From Elusimicrobiota bacterium (lineage in GTDB: Bacteria; Elusimicrobiota; Elusimicrobia; UBA1565; UBA9628): a stretch of DNA of 32,000 nucleotides. The stretch is taken from contig DAHXMM010000020.1 of the NCBI GenBank assembly GCA_027371715.1, positions 1 through 32,000 of the forward strand, read 5' to 3'. The position numbers and the translations under genes were made by a program. How positions within the stretch are numbered: the stretch's first letter is position 1; each line of letters opens with the position of its first letter. The notes beneath the pieces were generated by a model. The model did no database searches and was not told the DNA's origin. It saw only the letters and a list, made by a program, of their open reading frames with translations. Below are positions 23,704 to 32,000 of the stretch, in pieces.

Positions 23704-26414
23704 GCGAGAACCTTAATCAATTCTTCAAGGCGCGCTTTTTTAGAGAGCGCCGTATCCTGGAGAAACCGCGTTTCAGAGACCTCTTCCATAGCCGCTTTTG
23801 AAAGATAATTGGGATCAGAGAGCTTCTGCGATAATTTGCCCAAATCGTTTTCAACTTTTCCAAGCTCTTTTTTTAAGCGTTCAGATTCTTTCTTAAAATC
23901 AATCAAGCCTTCAAGCGGAACATAGAAGGTAAAGTGCGGAGTCACCGTGGAAGCCGCCTTGGTGGGCAGAGATTCTCGCTTAGAACTTAAGAAAGAAATC
24001 TCTCTTCCCCCGGCTAACGCCGCTAAATAAAGAAGATTCTCTTTTAAGAAGTTTGTCTCTGCGGCGTCTTCGCTTTGACAAATGACGGGAATCTTAAGCC
24101 CTGGAGAGATGCCCAGCTGCGCGCGCAAGGACCTTAAAGACTTAACCGCTTCAATTAAAGCGCTCATTCCTTTTTGGGTTTCTTCCGTAATTTTAATTTC
24201 CGGGACATTTGGAAAACGGGAATTCATCAAAAAATCCGCGGGTTCGGTATCCCAAGTTTTTAGGACCGAATAAATTTCTTCCGTGACAAAAGGCATCAAG
24301 GGATGAAGCATTTTAACGACGCCATTTAAAACGGTTATTAAAACGCGAAACGCCGTTTTTTTGGCTCTTAGATCGGCGCCTTGAAGGCGGAGTTTTGCTA
24401 TTTCTACATACCAATCGCAAAACTCATCCCACAAAAACTCATACATTTTCTCCGTCGCGTTGGCGAGATTATAAATTTCAATTTCTTCTTGAACGGAAAG
24501 AATCATCTTTTGGTATTCAGACAAGATCCAAACATCCGCCGCCTCTAATTGGAAGTTAGGGACTGTCCCTAACTCTTCAGGGGCGACCGCATTCATCAAG
24601 GCAAAGCGCGCGGTATTCCAGAGTTTATTGGTAAAATTTCGTCCGGCAATCAGCGAATCTTCCGAAAATAAGATGTCTTTTCCGGGACGGGCTTGGGAAA
24701 TTAAGGAAAAGCGAAGAGCGTCGGTTCCATATTTGTCCATCATCTCGATCGGATCGATAACGTTTCCGAGAGACTTCGACATTTTTTTTCCCTTTTTATC
24801 GCGAATGATGCCGTGGATAAACGCTTCGGAAAAGGGGACCTTCCCGGTTAAATAGAGACCCATCATCTGCATACGAGCGACCCACAGATAGATAATTTCG
24901 TATCCCGTGACGAGAATTTGAGTTGGGTAATAACGCTGGAGATCCTGATTTTTTTCCGGCCAGCCAAAAACGGAGAAAGGCCAAAGGGCCGAGGAAAACC
25001 AGGTGTCTAAAACGTCGGGGTCTTGAATCAATTCCAAATGACCGCAAACAGAACAAGCCTTTGGCTTTTCGCGAGAGACCACTCCCCTAAGATTAGGAAT
25101 TTGATGGAAAGATGAGTCTTTTGAAATCGCGTTGCATTTAAGACAGTACCAAACGGGAATTTCATGTCCCCACCAAATTTGGCGGGAGACGCACCAATCG
25201 CGAATATCGAGGAGCCAGTTCCTATAAGGCTCTTTCCAGGAGGCCGGATAAATTTTAAATTGGTTATTCTCCAAAGTCTTCAAAGCCCCGGCGGCCAAGT
25301 CCTTGGTTTTAACAAACCACTGCCAGGAAAGAAGCGGTTCAATAATTTCCTGACAACGATAACAAATTCCGACCGCGTGCGGATGGGTTTCCGTCTTTTC
25401 CAAAAAGCCTTGGAATTCCAAGTCTTGAATAATTTTTTTGCGCGCATCTTCTCTGGACAATCCGGCATAAAGGCCGCCTTCTTCAGTGATTTTTCCGGAA
25501 GGGGAAATGACCTTGATGCGGGGAAGTTGATGCCGAAGACCCATTTCAAAGTCATTGGGATCATGAGCGGGAGTGACCTTGACGGCTCCCGTTCCAAAAG
25601 AAGACTCGACAAAACCATCTTCAATCACCGGAATTTCTCGGTTCACAAGCGGCAAGCGAAGTTTTTTTCCAATTAAAGACCGATAGCGCTTGTCCTCGGG
25701 GTAAACGGCGACCGCGACATCTCCCAGCATGGTTTCAGGCCGGGTGGTGGCCACAACCAACCCCGGTCCGCCGGAAGCCTCCGGGTAGCGGATATGCCAG
25801 AGATTTCCCTTTCTTTCCTCATGCTCAACTTCTATGTCGGATAAAGCCGTTCCGCATCTCACGCACCAGTTGACCAACCGCTCCCCGCGGTAAAGAAGCC
25901 CGTCATCCCACAATTTTTTAAACGCCTCAAAAACGGCCGCTTTTCGTTTTTCATCCATCGTAAAGGACTCACGGCTAAAATCAAGCGAACATCCGAGTTT
26001 CTTGAGTTGCCCCAAAATCGTCTCTTTACAATGAAGCGTCCAATCTTCCATGCGCTGGGTAAAAGCCTCCCTTCCAATTCTAACGCGAGAAGTGTTTTCA
26101 GCCTTTAAAATTTTTTCCATTACGGTTTGAGTCGCGATGCCGCCGTGATCGGTTCCAGGAACCCAGCAGAGATCTTTTCCTGACATTCTCTTTAAGCGGG
26201 CCAGAAAATCTTGAATGGTATTATTGAGCGCATGCCCAACATGAAGCGCTCCCGTTACATTCGGAGGGGGAATGACCAGGGAATACGGTTCTTGATTTAA
26301 ATCAGGATGAGAATTGAAAATCCCCGATTGAGCCCAATGGTTCACCCAGCGAGCCTCAACATCCTTGGGACTATAGGCTTTGTCCCAGGTTTTTATTTCG
26401 GTCGTTTCATTCAT
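23700..26414 (-). CDS. valS: Valyl-tRNA synthetase
   Basis: IPPPNVTGALHVGHALNNTIQDFLARLKRMSGKDLCWVPGTDHGGIATQ; GKKMSKSLGNVIDP; C-terminal coiled-coil. Confidence 0.98.
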   Translation of the reverse strand: MNETTEIKTWDKAYSPKDVEARWVNHWAQSGIFNSHPDLNQEPYSLVIPPPNVTGALHVGHALNNTIQDFLARLKRMSGKDLCWVPGTDHGGIATQTVMEKILKAENTSRVRIGREAFTQRMEDWTLHCKETILGQLKKLGCSLDFSRESFTMDEKRKAAVFEAFKKLWDDGLLYRGERLVNWCVRCGTALSDIEVEHEERKGNLWHIRYPEASGGPGLVVATTRPETMLGDVAVAVYPEDKRYRSLIGKKLRLPLVNREIPVIEDGFVESSFGTGAVKVTPAHDPNDFEMGLRHQLPRIKVISPSGKITEEGGLYAGLSREDARKKIIQDLEFQGFLEKTETHPHAVGICYRCQEIIEPLLSWQWFVKTKDLAAGALKTLENNQFKIYPASWKEPYRNWLLDIRDWCVSRQIWWGHEIPVWYCLKCNAISKDSSFHQIPNLRGVVSREKPKACSVCGHLELIQDPDVLDTWFSSALWPFSVFGWPEKNQDLQRYYPTQILVTGYEIIYLWVARMQMMGLYLTGKVPFSEAFIHGIIRDKKGKKMSKSLGNVIDPIEMMDKYGTDALRFSLISQARPGKDILFSEDSLIAGRNFTNKLWNTARFALMNAVAPEELGTVPNFQLEAADVWILSEYQKMILSVQEEIEIYNLANATEKMYEFLWDEFCDWYVEIAKLRLQGADLRAKKTAFRVLITVLNGVVKMLHPLMPFVTEEIYSVLKTWDTEPADFLMNSRFPNVPEIKITEETQKGMSALIEAVKSLRSLRAQLGISPGLKIPVICQSEDAAETNFLKENLLYLAALAGGREISFLSSKRESLPTKAASTVTPHFTFYVPLEGLIDFKKESERLKKELGKVENDLGKLSQKLSDPNYLSKAAMEEVSETRFLQDTALSKKARLEELIKVLA
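24559..24569. repeat. GGGACTGTCCC inside valS
   Basis: GTTAGGGACTGTCCCTAAC 24555-24573, perfect 19-bp palindrome; valS residues EELGTVPNF. Confidence 0.92.
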
Positions 26415-26788
26415 TTTTTTAAATGTGATTTAATTTTAGCGAGTAAAATGTTGACATCAATAGGCTTAACCACATATTCAACCGCGCCTGCGTCAACCCC
26501 GGCTAAACGATCGATTTTTTCAGTTGAAGAAGTAAACAAGATAACCGGAATATCCTTAGTCTTTAGATTTTGTTTTAGCTTCCGACAAATATCTAAGCCG
26601 CTGAAATCCCTAATGTAGAGGTCTAGTAAAATAATATCGGGGTCAACCGCTTCGGCTTTCTCAACAAAATTCTCTCCAGGGATCTCAAAAGCCTCAACCT
26701 CCATGCCGGCCCAGCGAAGCGCGGCTCCAACCGCTTCGCGTAAAAGGTCGTCATCATCCACCAAAAGAATTTTAGCTGTTTTTTCCAT
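26411..26788 (-). CDS. Stand-alone response-regulator receiver domain
   Basis: KILLVDDDDLLREAV, IILLDLYIRDFSG, VILFTSS, YVVKPID. Confidence 0.93.
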   Translation of the reverse strand: MEKTAKILLVDDDDLLREAVGAALRWAGMEVEAFEIPGENFVEKAEAVDPDIILLDLYIRDFSGLDICRKLKQNLKTKDIPVILFTSSTEKIDRLAGVDAGAVEYVVKPIDVNILLAKIKSHLKK

Positions 26789-26797
26789 TTGAGCACC

Positions 26798-28102
26798 TCA
26801 CAATAAATCGGAAGCGAGAGCCGCCAAAAGACTTCTTTCGCTCTTGGTAAAAGTCACGTGGCCATAAAGCCCTTGTCCCTTAAAACGTTCGACCAAATAG
26901 GTCAAGCCGTTGGAAGCCGAATCCAAATAATAATTATCTATTTGATAAGGGTCCCCGGTCAAAACTATTTTCGCGCCTTGCCCCGCGCGTGAAATAATCG
27001 TCTTCATTTCATGAGGAGTCAGGTTCTGGGCGTCGTCGATAATAATAAAAAGGTTCGGAAGCGTACGGCCTCTTAAATAGGTCACGGCCTCGATTTCAAG
27101 CATCCCTTCTTCCATCAGCATTTGGATATCCATGTCGGAAGTCTCAAGAGAGCCGTGCGGGCGCTCCAAAAGGTAGCTTAAATTATCGTAGATGGCTCCC
27201 ATCCAGTTGGTCAGCTTCTCTTCCTTCGTTCCGGGCAAAAATCCGATGTCGTGCCCGACCGCCACGATCGGGCGGCCGACAAAAATGCGGCGATAATATT
27301 TCTCCTCAAGGCTTTGTTGCAAGGCCGTCGCCAAAGCCAGCAAGGTTTTTCCCGATCCCGCCAGTCCCACCAAGGTCACCAACTGGATATCCTTGTTAAG
27401 CAACAGCTCAAGCGCGAAACGCTGTTCGACGTTTAAGGGTTTAATTCCCCACGGCACCGAGTCGGCATGGGCAAGGGGCAAGAGATTTCCTGTTTTCTTA
27501 TCGAATCTCGTCAAAGCTGTTTGCGATTGAGAAGCTCTAAGAAGAATAAACTCATTAGGCGCCGCCTCGATTTTTAAATCGGAAGCCGGTATTCTCTTTT
27601 CTTTATAAAACCTGTCGATGACCGCGGGTTCAACAGGTTCTTCTCTCCAGCCGGAATAAAGCTCGGAGACGTCTACTTTTTGCTTCTCATAATCTTCCGT
27701 CTCAAGGCCTAAGGCATCCGCCTTGATTCGGAGGTTGATGTCCTTGGAAATGAAGACGACGTGTTCCTCGACCTTGCTGAGATAAAGAGCGGAGCCTAAA
27801 ATGGCGTTATCTTTGTGCTGAATGGGAAGCTCTTTTGGGAGATTCGCGACGGTTTTGAGTTCGACTTTAAGCTTCCCGCCATTTTCTAAATCAACCCAGT
27901 CGGAAAGACGTCCTTTTTGGCGAAGTTCGTCAAGTTTTCTAGCGACCAATCGCGCGGAACGCCCGCGCTCATCATTGGAGCGTTTAAAAGAATCAAGCTC
28001 TTCGATAACGCCAAGCGGAATTACCACCCGCGAACCCGCAAAAGAAAACGGAGCGAGCGGATCATGCAAAATGACGTTGGTATCTAAAACGAATGTTTTC
28101 AT
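26798..28102 (-). CDS. PIN domain + PhoH-like ATPase (YlaK type)
   Basis: KTFVLDTNVILHDP (PIN) and LVTLVGLAGSGKTLLALA (Walker A), LFIIIDDAQNLTPHEMKTIISRAGQGAKIVLTGDPYQID. Confidence 0.95.
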   Translation of the reverse strand: MKTFVLDTNVILHDPLAPFSFAGSRVVIPLGVIEELDSFKRSNDERGRSARLVARKLDELRQKGRLSDWVDLENGGKLKVELKTVANLPKELPIQHKDNAILGSALYLSKVEEHVVFISKDINLRIKADALGLETEDYEKQKVDVSELYSGWREEPVEPAVIDRFYKEKRIPASDLKIEAAPNEFILLRASQSQTALTRFDKKTGNLLPLAHADSVPWGIKPLNVEQRFALELLLNKDIQLVTLVGLAGSGKTLLALATALQQSLEEKYYRRIFVGRPIVAVGHDIGFLPGTKEEKLTNWMGAIYDNLSYLLERPHGSLETSDMDIQMLMEEGMLEIEAVTYLRGRTLPNLFIIIDDAQNLTPHEMKTIISRAGQGAKIVLTGDPYQIDNYYLDSASNGLTYLVERFKGQGLYGHVTFTKSERSLLAALASDLL

Positions 28103-29226
28103 GAAAGGGCCTCGCTTGGTTGTATTCGATCAAAGGGGGGAACAAATTCCATAAAAACTTGATTGGCGACGAAGACGCCTTCCTTGGTCAATCTAAAAAC
28201 GTTTTCGCGCCTTTCAATGAGGCCGCGGCCCATCAAGGAATTCCATTGGGAATTAAACACCCTAAGAGATTCCTCGGAAGGGACATACCCTTCAATCATC
28301 CGCAGTCCTAAAAAAGCCTTTTCGCCCAAGCTCGCCACTCCTTCCAGTTTCTCCGATGAAGACAACGGAATTTGTCCTGATTCCACCTTCACGCAGTAAG
28401 AAATAAGCCGATCCTCGTTTATCGAGCGCGTTCCATTCAAATAAGAAGCCGCTCCGCAGCCGAGGCCCAGATATTCCCCGTTTCTCCAGTAGATCTTATT
28501 ATGCAAAGATTCCGAGCCCAAACGCGCGAAATTCGATATTTCGTAATGAATAAAACCCGCCTCTTTCAGGATTTCAATCGAGCGCTCGAACATCTCCCGC
28601 GCGAGATTCTCATCGACTTTGACGTCTCTTTTCGAGAATAAAGTCCAATCCTCGACTTGAAGGCCGTAAAGAGAAATATGCTCCGGAGACAGATCAAGAA
28701 CCCGTTTCAAAGTTTCAAGATGAGTTTTAAGACTCTGATTGGGAAGGCCGTACATTAAATCAACGGAAATCGAAAACCCGCCCGCTTTTCTTACGCTTGA
28801 AAAAACATCGAAAAAATCTTCAGAGGAATGTCGGCGTCCGATTAATTTAAGCAAATGGTCGTCAAGAGTTTGAAGCCCAAGGCTAAGGCGGTTAACTCCC
28901 GATTCTTTTAATATTTTAATCTTATCCATATCGAGGCTTTCGGGATTAGCCTCAAAGGTCGCTTCTTTAAAATCAGCTCTAGGAAAGCGGGAGTGAATAA
29001 TTTTAAAAAGTGTTTGTAATTCTTCTGCTGAAAGCTCTGAAGGGGTTCCGCCTCCGATGTAGAGAGTCTCCGGGTTAAATTCCGGAAAAAAAGAGGCCTC
29101 TTGGTCTAAGGCCGACAAATAGCGGGAAATGGTTTTCTTTTGCCCGGAAAACGCCGTAAAATCACAATAAAAACACTTAATGGAACAAAACGGAATATGC
29201 AGATAAAGCCCGCGTTGCGGTTTCAA
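28099..29226 (-). CDS. hemW: Radical SAM HemW-like (coproporphyrinogen III oxidase-like) protein
   Basis: LYLHIPFCSIKCFYCDF (CX3CX2C), YIGGGTPSELS, EANPES...KESGVNRLSLGLQTLDD. Confidence 0.93.
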   Translation of the reverse strand: MKPQRGLYLHIPFCSIKCFYCDFTAFSGQKKTISRYLSALDQEASFFPEFNPETLYIGGGTPSELSAEELQTLFKIIHSRFPRADFKEATFEANPESLDMDKIKILKESGVNRLSLGLQTLDDHLLKLIGRRHSSEDFFDVFSSVRKAGGFSISVDLMYGLPNQSLKTHLETLKRVLDLSPEHISLYGLQVEDWTLFSKRDVKVDENLAREMFERSIEILKEAGFIHYEISNFARLGSESLHNKIYWRNGEYLGLGCGAASYLNGTRSINEDRLISYCVKVESGQIPLSSSEKLEGVASLGEKAFLGLRMIEGYVPSEESLRVFNSQWNSLMGRGLIERRENVFRLTKEGVFVANQVFMEFVPPFDRIQPSEALS

Positions 29227-29229
29227 GCT

Positions 29230-31206
29230 TTAAGTCTCAACAAAATTAGATTTTGGAATTAAGTCCGTCGCGCGCCGAGACCAAGTCTTCGGGGCGTTTC
29301 CATAATCGATGTAGGTATATTTTTTCATCGCCGCTTCATACTCATCGAGCAAATCGACGCCTTCGCGAGGCTTAATCGCGCCTGAGCGAACCCGGCTATC
29401 AATGGCGGATTTGAGCATTTTAATGAGCTCAAAATCGCTGTATTGAATACTCTGAAGAACATCTCGAACATTTTGGCCTTGAATCATTTCCTCGATATAA
29501 TACCCAGACGGTTCCGTAGGATCTTCAAAAACATGAACCTCGCTAACCCGGCCAAACAAATTATGAATATCTCCCATCGTCGCCTGATAAGCGCCCATCA
29601 GGAAAACGCCCAAATAGTAAGGATCTCCCGGTTGAATCGGATGAAGAGGGAGAGTTCCTCCCGCTTTCCGGTGACACGCGAATTGAGAAATTTTTCCGTC
29701 TGAATCGCAAGTGATATCCACCAATGCCGCCCGGTGGGTCGGCTCCTCGTTTAAGCGCTCCAAGGGCATGATGGGGAAAAGCTGTCCTATGGCCCAACTG
29801 TCCGGCAGGGATTGAAAAATAGAAAAATTACACAAATACTGATCGCGCAAGGCCTTTGACATTTCAAGAATGTCATCGGGAACGTCTTTAATTTTGGCCA
29901 ACACGCCTCCGATTTCCCGGCAAAGACTCCAAAAAAGAGTTTCCGCCTTGGCCCGGTCCTCAAGGCCCAAGTATCCCAAATTAAACAAGGAAAACGCCTC
30001 ATCGCGCTTCTGAACGGCTTGATGGTAACTCTCGACAACCGTCCTAGGGCTCAGATCGGCAAACAGGGAACGCAAAGACTTGACGATTTCGTGCTCGTCC
30101 TCGGTCGGAAGAAACTCAGCGGGCCGTGATCCGCCCTCGATGAACCCAAAGACATTGACGGCCAGCATCGAGTGATGAGCGACCAGGGAACGCCCTGATT
30201 CGGTTACGATGTTAGGCTCGGGAACCTTCTCTTGCCGACAAACTTCCTGAATGGTCATGACCAAAGCTCGCGCGTATTCTCTTAAATTATAGTTGACGGA
30301 ACTGTCGACCGAGGAATGGGAACCGTCGTAATCGACCCCCAAGCCGCCGCCACAGTCGAGATATTCCATCTCAACGCCCATCTTGCGAAGCTTGGCGTAG
30401 ACGCGCGAGGCTTCTTTGACCGCGTCTTTAATCGTCTGAATGTTGGTGATTTGAGAGCCGATATGAAAATGCAAAAGTTTAGCGGAGGAAACAAGCCCGG
30501 CGGATTTAAGCTCGGAAACGGCTTCCAAAATTTCGGAGGTGGTCAAGCCGAATTTCGCGGAGTGCCCGCTCGAATACTTCCACTTTCCACTTCCTTCGGT
30601 TTGAAGGCGAACGCGAATCCCGATTGTCGGAACCACATTGAGGTCCTTGGCGGCCTTGATGAGAAGCGCGAGTTCCCCGGGCTTTTCAATGACGACGATG
30701 ACTTTTTTACCGATCTTGGTTCCGATCATGGCCAAACGCATCATGGTCTCGTCTTTATAACCGTTGAGAATGGTCAAGCCTTCCGAATTATTCATCGCCA
30801 AAACCGCGACCAATTCCCCAAGGCTTCCGGCCTCAAGGCCGAACTGATAGGGAGCGCCCGCATCCAGAATTTCCTCGACGACTTCCCGCAACTGATTGAC
30901 TTTAATGGGATAAACGCCGTAATAACGGCCTTTGTATTTAAAATCCGAAACCGCCTTTTTAAAAGTCTCGTTTAAAAGCTCGACGCGATGGCGGAGGATA
31001 TCTTGAAAGCGAAAAAGAACCGGCAGGCGCAGTCCGCGGCTCAAAACATCATCAATGATCTTGCGAATTTCAATAGGATGCTCGACATCAAAGCGGGGGT
31101 GAACGGCTAAGCGTCCTTCCGGAGTGATTCCAAAATATTTAAGGCCCCATCCTTTGAGATTGTAAATCGAGGCGGAGTCATCAACGGTCCAAGGGCGGTT
31201 GTTCAT
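29230..31206 (-). CDS. speA: Biosynthetic arginine decarboxylase
   Basis: YNLKGWGLKYFGITPEGRLAVHP; GVYPIKVNQLREVVEEI; LHFHIGSQITNIQTIKDAVKEA; EYLDCGGGLGVDYDG; CDSDGKI. Confidence 0.97.
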   Translation of the reverse strand: MNNRPWTVDDSASIYNLKGWGLKYFGITPEGRLAVHPRFDVEHPIEIRKIIDDVLSRGLRLPVLFRFQDILRHRVELLNETFKKAVSDFKYKGRYYGVYPIKVNQLREVVEEILDAGAPYQFGLEAGSLGELVAVLAMNNSEGLTILNGYKDETMMRLAMIGTKIGKKVIVVIEKPGELALLIKAAKDLNVVPTIGIRVRLQTEGSGKWKYSSGHSAKFGLTTSEILEAVSELKSAGLVSSAKLLHFHIGSQITNIQTIKDAVKEASRVYAKLRKMGVEMEYLDCGGGLGVDYDGSHSSVDSSVNYNLREYARALVMTIQEVCRQEKVPEPNIVTESGRSLVAHHSMLAVNVFGFIEGGSRPAEFLPTEDEHEIVKSLRSLFADLSPRTVVESYHQAVQKRDEAFSLFNLGYLGLEDRAKAETLFWSLCREIGGVLAKIKDVPDDILEMSKALRDQYLCNFSIFQSLPDSWAIGQLFPIMPLERLNEEPTHRAALVDITCDSDGKISQFACHRKAGGTLPLHPIQPGDPYYLGVFLMGAYQATMGDIHNLFGRVSEVHVFEDPTEPSGYYIEEMIQGQNVRDVLQSIQYSDFELIKMLKSAIDSRVRSGAIKPREGVDLLDEYEAAMKKYTYIDYGNAPKTWSRRATDLIPKSNFVET

Positions 31207-31248
31207 CGATTATTCTTATTATTATATCACGTTCAGGGAAAATAAGAA

Positions 31249-31277
31249 CGGGAATTGAGGACAGTCCCCAATTCCCG
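31249..31277. repeat. 29-bp near-perfect palindrome containing a degenerate copy
   Basis: CGGGAATTGAGGACAGTCCCCAATTCCCG, one mismatched pair (31258/31268). Confidence 0.85.
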
Positions 31278-31304
31278 ACTTATCTTTCCTTAATTTATTT
31301 CAGC

Positions 31305-31550
31305 TTAAGGAAGGTTTTTGTGAGCGCCATCGCAATAGGGCTTGTTTTTTGAATGCTTGCATCCGCACCACGCCACTTTCTTGGCCTCGGTCAACTCGAC
31401 GATAATCGGAGTCATTCCGGTGTTCATTTTAGAATGACTGCCGTCGCAGTAGGGCTGATTTTTTGAATGTCCGCACGCGCACCAAGCGTATTTGCCCGGT
31501 TTTTCATCTTTCACGTACGGCGCTTTTTGCGCCACTTTAGGTTCGCTCAT
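31305..31550 (-). CDS. Tandem CDGSH-type iron-sulfur protein
   Basis: WCACGHSKNQPYCDGSH and WCGCKHSKNKPYCDGAH. Confidence 0.93.
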   Translation of the reverse strand: MSEPKVAQKAPYVKDEKPGKYAWCACGHSKNQPYCDGSHSKMNTGMTPIIVELTEAKKVAWCGCKHSKNKPYCDGAHKNLP

Positions 31551-31564
31551 GGAAGGTCTCCTTT

Positions 31565-32000
31565 TTATTTTTTCGCTTTGGGCGCGATAATCGCCTCGAC
31601 ATCCAGCTTAATTTTGATTCTATTTCCAACTAAAAGACCGCCGCTTTCCAAGACCTTGTTATACATCAGGCCGAAGTCCTTGCGGTTAATGCTAGTTGTC
31701 GCGACCGCTCCCAAACGCTGATTTCCCCACGGATCCTTGACGACTCCGCCAATTTTCATTTTCAAGACGACGGGTTTGGTGACGCCGTGAATCGTCAGGT
31801 TTCCCAACAAGTCGGCGGTCTTCCCTTTAACGCCCTCGACTTTGACGCTTTTAAAGACAATCTCGGGATATTTCTTGACGTCCAAGAAATTAGACGAGCG
31901 CACGTCATTATCGCGCATTTGAATGCGGGTGTCGATGGAAGCCGCGTCGATATGCGCCTCCGTTTTCCACAGCTTCGGTTTTCCCGGAACGTAATCGACG
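31565..32000 (-). CDS. YceI-family protein (5' end outside window)
   Basis: Frame is open upstream of the listed Met: VDYVPGKPKLWKTEAHIDAASIDTRIQMRDNDVRSSNFLDVKKYPEIVFKS...GNLTIHGVTKPVVL. Confidence 0.9.
   Translation of the reverse strand, partial: VDYVPGKPKLWKTEAHIDAASIDTRIQMRDNDVRSSNFLDVKKYPEIVFKSVKVEGVKGKTADLLGNLTIHGVTKPVVLKMKIGGVVKDPWGNQRLGAVATTSINRKDFGLMYNKVLESGGLLVGNRIKIKLDVEAIIAPKAKK

Noticed and set aside
25164-25676. + strand ORF of 170 aa opposite valS
   Set aside because: Mirror of the conserved valS catalytic/editing region; no own RBS or domain.
3996-31277. CRISPR array interpretation of the recurring GGGACWGTCCC unit
   Set aside because: Spacing is irregular (kilobases), the unit is only ~11-29 bp, and there are no cas genes.
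31305-32000. CDGSH/YceI pair as a novel system
   Set aside because: Both are common small proteins with ordinary motifs; no unusual architecture seen.

Overview
32 kb window of an uncultured-looking bacterial genome. The + strand from the left edge to about 22.9 kb carries: a giant modular secreted or surface protein (open at the 5' edge); a RAYT/Y1-type transposase on the - strand; a PorV-like outer-membrane + TPR protein; a five-gene block encoding a histidine kinase-FliF(C-terminal domain)-FliG fusion, a coiled-coil protein, MotA-like and MotB-like stator proteins and a HEAT protein; a CHASE2-class III cyclase; DUF3307; thiolase; histidine ammonia-lyase; an MscS-like membrane protein; and an FAH-hmgA-flavin reductase-HPPD-like cluster. 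A tRNA-Val(CAC) lies on the - strand at 19171-19242. From 22.9 to 31.2 kb a compact - strand gene run encodes a Lys-rich secreted protein, valS, a lone receiver domain, PIN-PhoH, hemW and speA. CDGSH and YceI genes follow. Two observations stand out. (1) A candidate non-flagellar rotor/stator system, in which a sensor kinase is fused in one ORF to FliF-like and FliG-like domains next to motA/motB, with no other flagellar genes in the window. (2) A dispersed 11-bp palindrome GGGAC(W)GTCCC, 11 exact and at least 5 degenerate copies. It sits at gene junctions, inside at least three non-transposase ORFs in the one frame that reads (L/M)GTVPN, inside a predicted signal peptide, as a source of stop codons, and within the RAYT gene itself. 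All family assignments are by eye; no database search was run.
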